Below, piece after piece: positions 37,956 through 47,546 of a stretch of 64,000 bases of DNA; position 1 is the first letter of the stretch, and every line of letters starts with the position of its first letter. Where the stretch lies: contig PXOU01000007.1 of the NCBI GenBank assembly GCA_003022365.1, forward strand, positions 227 through 64,226, in the 5' to 3' direction. A program made the position numbers and the translations under genes. The notes beneath the pieces are model-generated. The model searched no databases. It was not told the origin of the DNA and saw only the letters and a program-made list of their open reading frames with translations. This DNA is from Candidatus Saccharibacteria bacterium QS_5_54_17 (GTDB lineage: Bacteria; Patescibacteriota; Saccharimonadia; QS-5-54-17).

Positions 37956-38915
37956 TTACGGGCGTTGCCGCCGCAGCACTTCCCGAAACGACGTGTCGAA
38001 TAGTTTGCGGGCGAACCAAGGGGTGACCACTACAAGAACCATGAAAGCCACTATACGCCGCAGCAGCGCAGCTGCCAGTGCTATGGATACGGGAAGCCCG
38101 AGCACAGTGGCGGCCACGACTATCAACCCTTCATTGATGCCAAGCCCTGCCGGTGTAATACCGATAAGTCCGGTAAGTATGACAAGAGAAGTAATGAAAA
38201 GCGCCTGCAATACGCCGATGTCCGCACCCAAAGCATTGAAAGCGGCGAAGATGGCGACAGCCATGCTTAATACGTGCGCTAACGCCCATCCGCTTGCCAG
38301 CCGCAAAATATGCCCGTCACGGCGGATAAAAAACCACCCGTTAATTACTCTGGATAAATGCTTGGTAAAAAAATTGCTGCCTTCTTTGATTTGGGGGGAA
38401 AAAAGCAGCAAACCAAGCAGAAAGATGCACATTCCTCCCAGCAGCAGTACAAACGTGGCAGTTTCCACCCCGGCATCCGAGCGGGCAACCATCAATAAAG
38501 CTCCCAAACCAAGCAGTGAACTCAAAAAGTACATTAAGATGTGCGCGGCACCCAACGCTGAGGCAAATTTGCTTAAAGGGAAACTATATTTGCGTTTTAG
38601 ATAACTCGCCCGTACCGCAAGGCCGAGTTTGCCTGGGGCGATTTGGTTTCCCAGTCTTGTCACTGCTGCCAAACCGAATGTTTCTACTCTCTTCAAACGC
38701 AAGCCTATGGGTCGCAACACCACATCCATAACGGCGCCGTTGGTATAAAGGGTTGCCACGGATCCCACGCCGAGCAATGCAATCAAGGAGGGATTTTCCA
38801 GTCGTAAAGCCAGGATCTCTTCCCAGTTTTCCGTTAAATAAACTGCCAAAAATGCCGCGAAGGCCAGAAGTATAATGACAGACCATAACAGTTTATTTTT
38901 TAAAACATTTTGCAT
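37956..38915 (-). CDS. Flippase-like / lysylphosphatidylglycerol-synthase TM-region family membrane protein (UPF0104).
   Basis: Eight TM helices, a basic C-terminus, and an N-terminal pattern typical of the LPG_synthase_TM family. It lies in the glycan locus. Confidence 0.6.
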   Translation of the reverse strand: MQNVLKNKLLWSVIILLAFAAFLAVYLTENWEEILALRLENPSLIALLGVGSVATLYTNGAVMDVVLRPIGLRLKRVETFGLAAVTRLGNQIAPGKLGLAVRASYLKRKYSFPLSKFASALGAAHILMYFLSSLLGLGALLMVARSDAGVETATFVLLLGGMCIFLLGLLLFSPQIKEGSNFFTKHLSRVINGWFFIRRDGHILRLASGWALAHVLSMAVAIFAAFNALGADIGVLQALFITSLVILTGLIGITPAGLGINEGLIVVAATVLGLPVSIALAAALLRRIVAFMVLVVVTPWFARKLFDTSFREVLRRQRP

Positions 38916-39007
38916 GCCAAAATATTATACAAGAAACCAGACGCTGAGTCCCAGTTCAAAGCCGGATTGTATACGGCAATAAAAACCTTTCTTGCTTTAT
39001 TTTTTGC

Positions 39008-40255
39008 TTGTCATATCGGAAAATAATATTCATGGCGGATAAGCCGACACATAAAGGAAAAATACTTATATTAACTTCCACGTTTCCCCGATGGGAGAAC
39101 GATAATGTTACCCGCTTCGTTTTTGATTTTGCCAAAAGCCTTTTACCTGACTTCTGTCCCACAGTATTGGCTCCCCATGACTCGGGTGCCCAAAAAAATG
39201 AACAAATGGAGGGGGTTTCAATAAAGCGGTTTCGGTACTGGGTAACGGAAAAAGGCCAAAACATCGTCTATAACGGTGGTGCCCTGGCTAACTTTAAAAA
39301 AACACCGCTATATTTTTTGAAAGTCCTCTGCTACACGGTCGTCATGTTTCTGCGCAGCGTTTGGATAACGCGGAGAGAGCAGATACCCATCATTAATCCG
39401 CACTGGCTGATCCCGCAAGGATTCATCGCGGTTGCCGCCAGCTATTTTACCGGAGCGAAAATAATAATCACCATTCATGGCGGCGATATATTTTCATTTC
39501 ATGGCAAGATTATGCGCTCCATAAAACGTTGGGTTCTCAAGAAAGCTGACGAAGTGGTCGTCAATAGTTCGGCGACTTTGGAAGCAGCCAAATCGATATA
39601 TGGTGCACGTGAATACCGGGTAATCCCTATGGGGTTGGATTACCAACATTTCAACAAAGCGGCCGATACCGAAACTATCCGAAAACGGCACGGTTTGGAT
39701 GGCTTCACCATCCTGTTCGTCGGCAGACTGGTCAAGATAAAAGGAGTGGAATACTTACTTGAAAGCCTGAAGCTATTATGGGATGAAAACCACCACTTCA
39801 AAGCTTTGATCGTCGGGGAAGGGCCAAAACGCGAAAAGCTGCATGATTATGTAGTAAACAACGGGATGGAGGATGCGGTCGAATTCGTGGGCTGGGTGGA
39901 TTCGGCGGAGATTCCCGTTTACTATCAAGCGGCGGATGTATTCGTCGGACCCTCAATTATTTCCCAAGAAGGGCGGCCCGAAGCGCTCGGGCTCGTATTC
40001 GCTGAAGCGCTTGCCAGTGGGACTCCCGTCATAGCAACCGATACCGGAGGAATCAAGGATATCATAAAACATAAAGAAAACGGCCTTTTGGTGTCTGAAA
40101 AATCCGCGGAAGAGATCAAGAAGGCGCTCAAAGTGCTGGATAATGACGAACAACTCCGTAAAACGTACGCGGAAAACGGGATGCGGCACGTAAAAAAAAC
40201 GTTCAGCTGGAAATCCGTCGGCAAGCAGTATTCCAATCTTCTCCAAAAACTATAA
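39008..40255 (+). CDS. Family-4 glycosyltransferase (GT-B fold).
   Basis: The canonical GT4 motif EGRPEALGLVFAEALASGTPVIATDTGGIKDII. Confidence 0.85.
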   Translation: MSYRKIIFMADKPTHKGKILILTSTFPRWENDNVTRFVFDFAKSLLPDFCPTVLAPHDSGAQKNEQMEGVSIKRFRYWVTEKGQNIVYNGGALANFKKTPLYFLKVLCYTVVMFLRSVWITRREQIPIINPHWLIPQGFIAVAASYFTGAKIIITIHGGDIFSFHGKIMRSIKRWVLKKADEVVVNSSATLEAAKSIYGAREYRVIPMGLDYQHFNKAADTETIRKRHGLDGFTILFVGRLVKIKGVEYLLESLKLLWDENHHFKALIVGEGPKREKLHDYVVNNGMEDAVEFVGWVDSAEIPVYYQAADVFVGPSIISQEGRPEALGLVFAEALASGTPVIATDTGGIKDIIKHKENGLLVSEKSAEEIKKALKVLDNDEQLRKTYAENGMRHVKKTFSWKSVGKQYSNLLQKL

Positions 40256-40257
40256 TC

Positions 40258-41172
40258 CTACCATCTTTTCCAAGGCGGGGCCCTTTGGGAAAGTTTTTCA
40301 AGCAACTGGATATCTTCCTGGAAATGTTCTATCAGTTTGTTTTCCGTTTCCTCACTGTAACTGGTGGTGGTTTCGGTGCTGGGTTTGACGTTCCAGCGAT
40401 TGATTTTGTTTTCTACTTTTTTACGGACGGGATGCGGAATAAGATTTTTCCATAACTTCTCGATAAAAGGAACCCGAAAAAGGAAATTAGCGGTAAGTAT
40501 TTTGGTCTTGGGTTGGCCACCGCCCTTATGATAACTGGTTTCAATATTGGAGGGTATGAATTTCTCGTCCACTCCTATAAAAGAAAAAAATTTTTTCAGT
40601 GCTGACTGCGGGTCGGCTTGAATTTCTTCTGTGAAAAGCACTAGCAATTGGTTAGGGTCGAATAGATCATAAAAGCCGGAAAGTATCCGGCCGTATTCGC
40701 TGGCGATGAGAAAATTGCTTTGGGGAGTAATGTTGGCTCTGTCTGGTGATAAATCCCTGTCCAAAAGCGTCTTAACGTCTTCATCGAACGAATTATGGGT
40801 ATTACCTCGCCGCAAAGCCATTTTGTGATGAGAAAAAGACCGCTCTATGGGGTCTCGCAGCACCGCTACGAGTTTGATATCCGGAAAATCCTGTTTTATA
40901 CGTTGGGCGATTACCTCAGGGGTGGTGTCTTCTCTGCCCAGCATGTACTGCGGTGTTATGGTGCCGGTAGTTTGATTTTCGGGTGCCTGGGCAAAGTAGG
41001 CGTTCAAGTACCAATCCAACCCCTTTTTGTATACCTCCTCATCATCATAAAAAGGCGCTTCCTTGACTTCGGGCATGTATATTTGGGGATGATGCTTTGC
41101 CCATTCGAAAAGCGTGGTAGTCGCTGATTTCCCTGCTCCGATTACCAGGAAATCCAGTGTTTTTTCGGCCAT
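40258..41172 (-). CDS. Sulfotransferase (PAPS-dependent).
   Basis: The 5'-PSB motif VIGAGKSATTTL near the N-terminus and a 3'-PB-like region. It is paralogous to 41328-42260. Confidence 0.7.
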   Translation of the reverse strand: MAEKTLDFLVIGAGKSATTTLFEWAKHHPQIYMPEVKEAPFYDDEEVYKKGLDWYLNAYFAQAPENQTTGTITPQYMLGREDTTPEVIAQRIKQDFPDIKLVAVLRDPIERSFSHHKMALRRGNTHNSFDEDVKTLLDRDLSPDRANITPQSNFLIASEYGRILSGFYDLFDPNQLLVLFTEEIQADPQSALKKFFSFIGVDEKFIPSNIETSYHKGGGQPKTKILTANFLFRVPFIEKLWKNLIPHPVRKKVENKINRWNVKPSTETTTSYSEETENKLIEHFQEDIQLLEKLSQRAPPWKRW

Positions 41173-41327
41173 AGGAAAACTCCCGCTCTGTTGCGAATTC
41201 TCGCTTTTTGATGATTAAGTTTACCTCAAAACTCAAGTAAAATAATATCACGAGGAAGACAAACTCATGAATGCCAATCCATGGAACGCCAGCCGAAGTT
41301 AAACTATAGCTATTCAATTACTTTTAC

Positions 41328-42260
41328 CTAGTTTTCCTCGAATCCCCAGATCGCCGCAAAGTCTTGATTGGTTAAGCGGCTGAGCTCCCTCACTTCTGGC
41401 CGGAGTTCTTCCGTAAGCCGTTTTCTCACTTCCGGGTCCAGCTCACCCTTCGACTGCTCCTTAAGCAGCAACTTATCCGCCTGTTTTTGCAAGTTGGTAT
41501 ACAAGGTCGGACTCATTAATTTGAAGGCCACGTTCTTTAGCCACATAGTGTGAGCTATTTTGTTAAGCCAGCTTATGCGTGGTTTCTTGCTGTTATGGAC
41601 CGATTGAAAATCGGGTATTACGTCTTCCCTGACGCCAAGAAACCGCAATATTTCTTTATAGGCGGTTTCATTATTTTTCTTGAATTCCTCGTTGGCTATT
41701 ACCATGACATTTTCCTTGCCGAATTGGTCGTAAAAACGCTGTATATGTTTGCTGTATCTGGCCCGTTCACGATAGAAGTGATAGGAAGGGCAACGCGCCC
41801 GTGGCGGGACGTTTTTACCTTTTTTACGGCTACTTTCTAGAGAGATCGCTGTCTGGAAGTCGGTTTCATTTTCCACGGTTTCATTCACGTATTGGGTATG
41901 TAGCGAATGCATGAAATCGACAGGATTCCGCAACATGATGATGATTTTGGCTTTCGGGTTATGTTGGTATATATGGCCCGCCGCCGCTTGGGAATAGCTG
42001 TAGCAAGTAGACGCGTCTCCCCGTAGTTGGCCGGGTTGGCAATGTTTAAAATGTTCCTCATACTTTTCAGGCGTCCGGACCCCGTAATATCTTTGCTTGC
42101 CGTGGAATTGATCGCTTTCTTCCCGAAGATCCGTGGCGAAGTAAGATGGCTCTTTGGGGTAAGACATACAGATCTCAGGATGTTCTGACAAAAAATGGGC
42201 CAAGGCGGTGGTCCCGGATTTTGGCTGGCCGGCGATTACGAAATCAATTTTACATGCCAT
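41328..42260 (-). CDS. Sulfotransferase (PAPS-dependent).
   Basis: The 5'-PSB motif IAGQPKSGTTAL and the sulfotransferase-family region RNPVDFMHSLHTQYV. Confidence 0.7.
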   Translation of the reverse strand: MACKIDFVIAGQPKSGTTALAHFLSEHPEICMSYPKEPSYFATDLREESDQFHGKQRYYGVRTPEKYEEHFKHCQPGQLRGDASTCYSYSQAAAGHIYQHNPKAKIIIMLRNPVDFMHSLHTQYVNETVENETDFQTAISLESSRKKGKNVPPRARCPSYHFYRERARYSKHIQRFYDQFGKENVMVIANEEFKKNNETAYKEILRFLGVREDVIPDFQSVHNSKKPRISWLNKIAHTMWLKNVAFKLMSPTLYTNLQKQADKLLLKEQSKGELDPEVRKRLTEELRPEVRELSRLTNQDFAAIWGFEEN

Positions 42261-42429
42261 AGACTTATCAATAATTTAGCAAAGTTTTACAGTATCAACT
42301 ATAGTGAGTTTTTATGATACCACGGACAAAATAAACGAATGCTATTTTGCCCGTGGCTATTTTCCAGTATAGCAACCCGGGAAAGATTAATATTATCAAC
42401 ATCACAAAAATTGTTATACTTGTAAAACA

Positions 42430-43161
42430 ATGGTTGAGCTCCAATATAAAAATCGGCAATTCCTATTCAATGAAGGCATTGACGGCAACGTAATCCGTAC
42501 TTTGGGAAAAGGCCGGTTCTATGAACCGGGCATGCTGAAATTCATTGAAAAACTCGAGCCAGAAGGCACCATTATCGACGTCGGGGCGAATATAGGCAAT
42601 CACGCGATTTATTTAGGTGCGTTCACGGACTGCCAAAAAGTCATAGCCATTGAACCTCATCCTGGGATCAACCAACATTTAACTGATAACGTGGAGCAAA
42701 ACGGGTTGGCCTCCAAAATCGATGTGCACCATATCGCCGTGGGAGATAAAGCAGGCAAATGCAATATAGAATCCAACTCGGAAAGATATAGGGGAACTGC
42801 GCAAGTCCTGCCGGACTCCCAGGGATCCATTCCTATAAAAAAGCTGGACAATCTTGCCCAAAAAAGAAAGGTTTCGGTTATCAAAATAGACGTGGAAGGA
42901 TTCGAGCCCCAAGTATTACGGGGGAGCAGCAACATCTTATCCCGGCAGGAGCCCCATATTTTCGTGGAAGCTCATGATAGAAAGGCGAAACGGCAAATAG
43001 ATGAGATTTTACACCCCTTGGGCTATAAAGCCGTCAAGGTATTTAATAGGACGCCGACCTATTATTACCGAAAAGATGCTTCCCGAACGGGCATAAAAGA
43101 ATTAATCCAAAGACCGCTCTTTCATTTACGCAGACTGCGCATATTCCGCATTTTGGGTTGA
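42430..43161 (+). CDS. FkbM-family SAM-dependent methyltransferase.
   Basis: IIDVGANIGNHAIYLG and the overall FkbM layout. Confidence 0.75.
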   Translation: MVELQYKNRQFLFNEGIDGNVIRTLGKGRFYEPGMLKFIEKLEPEGTIIDVGANIGNHAIYLGAFTDCQKVIAIEPHPGINQHLTDNVEQNGLASKIDVHHIAVGDKAGKCNIESNSERYRGTAQVLPDSQGSIPIKKLDNLAQKRKVSVIKIDVEGFEPQVLRGSSNILSRQEPHIFVEAHDRKAKRQIDEILHPLGYKAVKVFNRTPTYYYRKDASRTGIKELIQRPLFHLRRLRIFRILG

Positions 43162-43245
43162 TTTTCCCCGTCTCGGTGTAAACGCCCAAAAACCTGGGGA
43201 ATATACGCTCGCAGCTCTACGCGAAAAGAAGAAGTTTGTGCTAAA

Positions 43246-44844
43246 GTGAGGGGCAAGTGGAGATTTAATACCCGGGTTCTTACTTGGTCGGGAGATTTGG
43301 ATATAGTTGTGGAGAAAAAACATAATTTAAAATCATCATTGGTAGGCCTGTGGCAAAGACATACGTGGTTGATAATAGGATTATTCGGGGTTGTCCTGAC
43401 CTTTATAGGTGGTGCTGGTTTGCGAACTACTACTATCCCGTGGCTTTTGAGTGCTGACGCGCCGTTCCATTTGGATTATGCCTGGCAAGTATACAAGGGG
43501 GTTCTGCCGGCGGCGATGGGAGGCATACAAGCACCGGTTGCTGCCCTTCCCAATCACCCGGTCCATTTGGCGGCGCAACACCCGCCGCTTTATTACGCCA
43601 TCCTTGCTCCTTTGGCGGGCCCGTTTATGGATAACGGAGACTGGCCGATGGCGACAGCATTGGGGCGTTTGTTGTCGATGGGGTTAGGGTTGCTTTCCGC
43701 GCTGGCGCTGGCGTGGGTAGCATGGATAGTCGGGGGTAAATATCGGCGCATCCTGGCCATCGCAGCACCGGCGATTGCCATTACTTTCGTGCCGTTTGCA
43801 GGGGTGGCAGCAGCAGTTTATAACGATACATTGGTAGTCTTTACCTCGACCGTAGCGCTCGGGTTGGCCGCTTTAATTATCTACCGAGGGCCGCGCCCGT
43901 CATATGTAGGCGTATTGACCGTAGTTTTATTACTCGGTATGGCCTCGAAAGTATCGTTCGTCAGCGCCTTTTTTGTGGCAGTTTTAAGCCTCATAGGCGC
44001 TTTTGTGCTCCACGGAAAAGACACCTTCTCCAAAAATACGGGAAAGGGTATAGGCTGCGGAGCGCTGGTTTCTTTGGTGGTGATAGGGGGCATCGGTTGG
44101 TTTTATTACCTCCATAATTTCCAAGCAAGCGGATCGCTCATCAGTGCCCAACCAAGCTCACTTCCTCCCATGCGTGAATATAGACCTTTCTTGCAGGTCA
44201 TAATCAGCCAAAAATTGTGGGAGCTTGTGCCTTTTGGCCTATTTCGCCGTTCCTTCCATGAGATAGGAGGGTATACACTTAATCAGTGGATATCAATTTC
44301 CGTATTCGTATTGGGCATGCTGGGGAGCATCGCCTGGTTTGTAAAAGAAAAAGCATGGCATATATTCCACAAGACACGTAGGTTGCACTTATTGGTTGCT
44401 ACTATGTTCACAGCGCATTTCGGCATCGTTTTTGCCCAACAAATGGTTTATGCGACCGGATACGGATCCATCAATTTTAGGTATATTTTGCCGGCCTGGT
44501 TTTTGATGGGATTGGTTTTGGCGTTCGGGGTGTCGGTTTGGCAGTTTTTGCGCGGTTTCGGGGCAGTATTGGTGGCGATCGCCGGATGGGTAGCCGTCAT
44601 TAATTCTACCGTGTTCGCTTTATCAAGCAGGACGAATTTGCCTACTGAGCATGGATGGGTTCCTCTATTACAGTCCGGAGCAGAGCAAAACGGTTTCGCC
44701 CCGGTAATCGTGCCGATACTGCTACTTGCTATAGTGCTCGGTTTAACGTTGATCGCAATAGCGTTATGGTATGCCACCTCCCCGAGGAATATTAAAGCTG
44801 AAGCAAGCAGCAAAAGATTGCCCGACCGTAAGGGGAGCACATGA
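43246..44844 (+). CDS. Polytopic GT-C-fold-like membrane glycosyltransferase, paralogue of 36099-37553.
   Basis: SADAPFHLDYAWQVYKG...QHPPLYYAILAPLAGPF and the matching TM architecture. Confidence 0.5.
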   Translation: MRGKWRFNTRVLTWSGDLDIVVEKKHNLKSSLVGLWQRHTWLIIGLFGVVLTFIGGAGLRTTTIPWLLSADAPFHLDYAWQVYKGVLPAAMGGIQAPVAALPNHPVHLAAQHPPLYYAILAPLAGPFMDNGDWPMATALGRLLSMGLGLLSALALAWVAWIVGGKYRRILAIAAPAIAITFVPFAGVAAAVYNDTLVVFTSTVALGLAALIIYRGPRPSYVGVLTVVLLLGMASKVSFVSAFFVAVLSLIGAFVLHGKDTFSKNTGKGIGCGALVSLVVIGGIGWFYYLHNFQASGSLISAQPSSLPPMREYRPFLQVIISQKLWELVPFGLFRRSFHEIGGYTLNQWISISVFVLGMLGSIAWFVKEKAWHIFHKTRRLHLLVATMFTAHFGIVFAQQMVYATGYGSINFRYILPAWFLMGLVLAFGVSVWQFLRGFGAVLVAIAGWVAVINSTVFALSSRTNLPTEHGWVPLLQSGAEQNGFAPVIVPILLLAIVLGLTLIAIALWYATSPRNIKAEASSKRLPDRKGST

Positions 44845-46355
44845 ATTATATACATCGCCTAAAACCTAAACTGAATCCATATTTTCAAAATCCCATCAAC
44901 AAAACGTTGGGAATACTGGGTTCCAAAGGTTTCCGGATATTTACCTACGGATGGTTTCTTGTCCAAGCCTCATATATAGCGGTATCCACCAAATACCGTA
45001 TTGTACCGGATGCGGGCGCTCATTATGGCAGGATACGCCTTTTTGCCCGCGATGGACTCGATCCGTTCATCCAAAACCAACAGGGTTTCTATTTCGTGGG
45101 CGAGATGATCAGAAATCCTGACCCGCTGTATCATTACCTATTCAGCATTATATATAGATTAGTGCCGTTTCAGGATCCCAACCCCCTCAGTAATCAAGTA
45201 CCAAAAACGGATACGGCGACCATCATGCTGTTTGAGTTCTTAAATATAGCGCTGGTACTGGGTGGGCTTATTATGTTTTACAAACTAATGAAACGGCTTG
45301 ATTTGTCAGCTTTGACCAGGAATATTTCCTTGTTCATGATGGCGACTACGTTAATGTTTGTATTTTTGGCAGGGGGCATCAATTACGACAATCTGTTGTT
45401 TCTGGTGGCGATGTCGGTGTTTTACTTCTTCGTGAAGTTCATGCAAACGCGGACGCTTAAAAGTTTGCTGAGTTTGCTGATTCTTTTGGTGATTGCCGGA
45501 TTGACGAAAACCGCTTTCATGCCTATTGCCGCAGTAGTCTTTGTTTTGACGGGCTATTTTGCCTTTAGATCCCGAAAGGATATTTTTTCCCAAGTCAGAG
45601 GTGTACTCCGTTTGCAAAAAAAGCAACAAGCGATCTTGGGTGTTCTGCTCATATTGCTGCTTGCGTTCGGCGGCCTATTCGTTGAACGCTACGCGGTTAA
45701 TTTAGTGGAGTATGGCTCTGTGCAACCGGGTTGCCTCCAGTTGCATACGCATAAACAATGCAGCCAATGGGGCGTTTTTTCCCGTAGGCAAAAATTTGAA
45801 AGCACTCCTACTACGTATGAATTCGACCCCAGTGAATTCAGTATCAAATGGGCGCAGAGGATGCGCTTTTATACGTTTAGCGCCATAGGGCACGCTTCGT
45901 TTGCCGAAACGAATTTGATTAAATACGGGTCATATGCCTTCATCGGTTTGATGGTAATAGCCTCTATCAGGAAATTCGACCGGCGCGAGAAAGAGGTAAA
46001 CATCCTGCTGGCGATATCCATTTTTTTCATACTGTTGCTGTTGGCTGTCAATTACTTCGGAGCGTATATGACCAGCGGTATATTCGGTATAGCACTACAA
46101 GGCAGGTATGCGTTCCCTGTTCTGCCTTTGCTGTACGCGGTAGGAAACCACTATGTTTTCAAGCTACTGGCGTGGAAGTGGCTTAAGGCGTTGTACGCAT
46201 TGTTTATTTTGGTCATATTCATACCTTCGGGAGTGATTCACTATATATTCTGGACGGGTAAGAATTGGCATACCGAGTATACACCGGAAATTCATCACGC
46301 CATCAAGGAAAACTTGCGTTGGTTCAACTATAAGGTGCTAAAAATTTTTAACTAA
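44841..46355 (+). CDS. Polytopic membrane protein, a possible third GT-C-like glycosyltransferase/polymerase.
   Basis: About 11 TM helices. The first loop IVPDAGAHYGRI resembles the DAPxHLDY loop of the neighbouring paralogues. Its start overlaps the upstream stop. Confidence 0.45.
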   Translation: MNYIHRLKPKLNPYFQNPINKTLGILGSKGFRIFTYGWFLVQASYIAVSTKYRIVPDAGAHYGRIRLFARDGLDPFIQNQQGFYFVGEMIRNPDPLYHYLFSIIYRLVPFQDPNPLSNQVPKTDTATIMLFEFLNIALVLGGLIMFYKLMKRLDLSALTRNISLFMMATTLMFVFLAGGINYDNLLFLVAMSVFYFFVKFMQTRTLKSLLSLLILLVIAGLTKTAFMPIAAVVFVLTGYFAFRSRKDIFSQVRGVLRLQKKQQAILGVLLILLLAFGGLFVERYAVNLVEYGSVQPGCLQLHTHKQCSQWGVFSRRQKFESTPTTYEFDPSEFSIKWAQRMRFYTFSAIGHASFAETNLIKYGSYAFIGLMVIASIRKFDRREKEVNILLAISIFFILLLLAVNYFGAYMTSGIFGIALQGRYAFPVLPLLYAVGNHYVFKLLAWKWLKALYALFILVIFIPSGVIHYIFWTGKNWHTEYTPEIHHAIKENLRWFNYKVLKIFN

Positions 46356-46395
46356 CAAGCCTAGCCGTTAAAATACCGGCGCTATTTCCTTTTCT

Positions 46396-47355
46396 TTATT
46401 TCTGATACCGCATCCGACGCAGATGCTCCAATGATTCTTCGTGTAGCGTGCGATTGACGGCGATCAGGTCGGCCAGTATTCCCACCACTATCAACAGGAA
46501 GCCGACCAGTAACAAGACGCCTCCCCCGATAAGCGACTGGAGGTGTCCTGATACTAACCCTCCTTCTATAATTATCAGTACTATATACCGGATAAACGGT
46601 AATACCCCCAGAATGGCCAGAAGGGCACCTAATCTCAGGAATACGCTGTACGCCCGGTGCATGGCGTAGCTGCGGATGATGGCCGAGGCGGATTTGAATA
46701 CGTGCTGCCATATGTTTTTGAATAACCGCGACTCCCTGGTTTTGGCGTTGGTGGTGACGGCCACGGAGGTAATGGGTATATTTTTTCTGCCCGCGTAAAC
46801 GATGGTCTCCGTACAGTAACTGAAATCGGTCACCACGTTCATTTTAAAAGCTGCATCCCGGGAGTAAGCACGGAAGCCGCTGGCGGCATCGGGGATTTTG
46901 GTGCCGGCGGCCTTATTAACCACCCAACTTCCCGTTTTCTGTAAAAATTTTTTAAGTGGACCGAATTCGTCAATTTTGCCGGTTTGCCGGTCCGCTACCA
47001 CGATGTCGTGGCTCCCGTCCATGATCGGTTGTATCAGGTCCGGAATACGTTCCTGGGGGTATTGGTTGTCCCCGTCGGTATTGACGATGATATCCGCCCC
47101 CAGCTCGAGCGCGGCGCGTATGCCTTCGGCAAAGGTGGTGGCCAATCCTTTGTTCTGTTTATGCTGGATGATGTGATCCACACCGAGCTCTCCGGCGACC
47201 TCGACGGTTCGATCGCTCGAGCCGTCGTCGATAATCATAATTTCGACACTTTTAACGCCTTTTATCTGGCGGGGGATGGTGCCTAGCACCATCGGCAGGG
47301 TGGTTTCTTCGTTGTAACAGGGAATTTGGATGATGCATTTGGGGCGCTTCTTCAT
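46396..47355 (-). CDS. Polyprenyl-phosphate glycosyltransferase (GT2, GtrB/ArnC/DPM1-like) with C-terminal TM helices.
   Basis: CIIQIPCYNEETTL...MIIDDGSSDRT...VNTDGDNQYP, plus two C-terminal TM helices. Confidence 0.8.
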   Translation of the reverse strand: MKKRPKCIIQIPCYNEETTLPMVLGTIPRQIKGVKSVEIMIIDDGSSDRTVEVAGELGVDHIIQHKQNKGLATTFAEGIRAALELGADIIVNTDGDNQYPQERIPDLIQPIMDGSHDIVVADRQTGKIDEFGPLKKFLQKTGSWVVNKAAGTKIPDAASGFRAYSRDAAFKMNVVTDFSYCTETIVYAGRKNIPITSVAVTTNAKTRESRLFKNIWQHVFKSASAIIRSYAMHRAYSVFLRLGALLAILGVLPFIRYIVLIIIEGGLVSGHLQSLIGGGVLLLVGFLLIVVGILADLIAVNRTLHEESLEHLRRMRYQK

Positions 47356-47394
47356 GACTCTCTTTCTTACATGGTATATAATCTACTTTTCATC

Positions 47395-47545
47395 TTAACA
47401 AATGAAACGGATTCTGAAATAAATTCAGGACAGGCTCTGACCCCGATCCGGGATCAGTTTCGGAATCTAATGCTGCAACAGGGAAATTATCCCGAATCAA
47501 GTCCGGGATGACTATTATTTTCGTCATTCCGGACGACGGTCCGGA
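47395..47545. repeat. Short repeat block R8 (aaataaattcaggacaggctctgacc...tgtcattccggacgacggtccggaat).
   Basis: It shares modules with the other blocks. Confidence 0.7.
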
Positions 47546-47546
47546 A

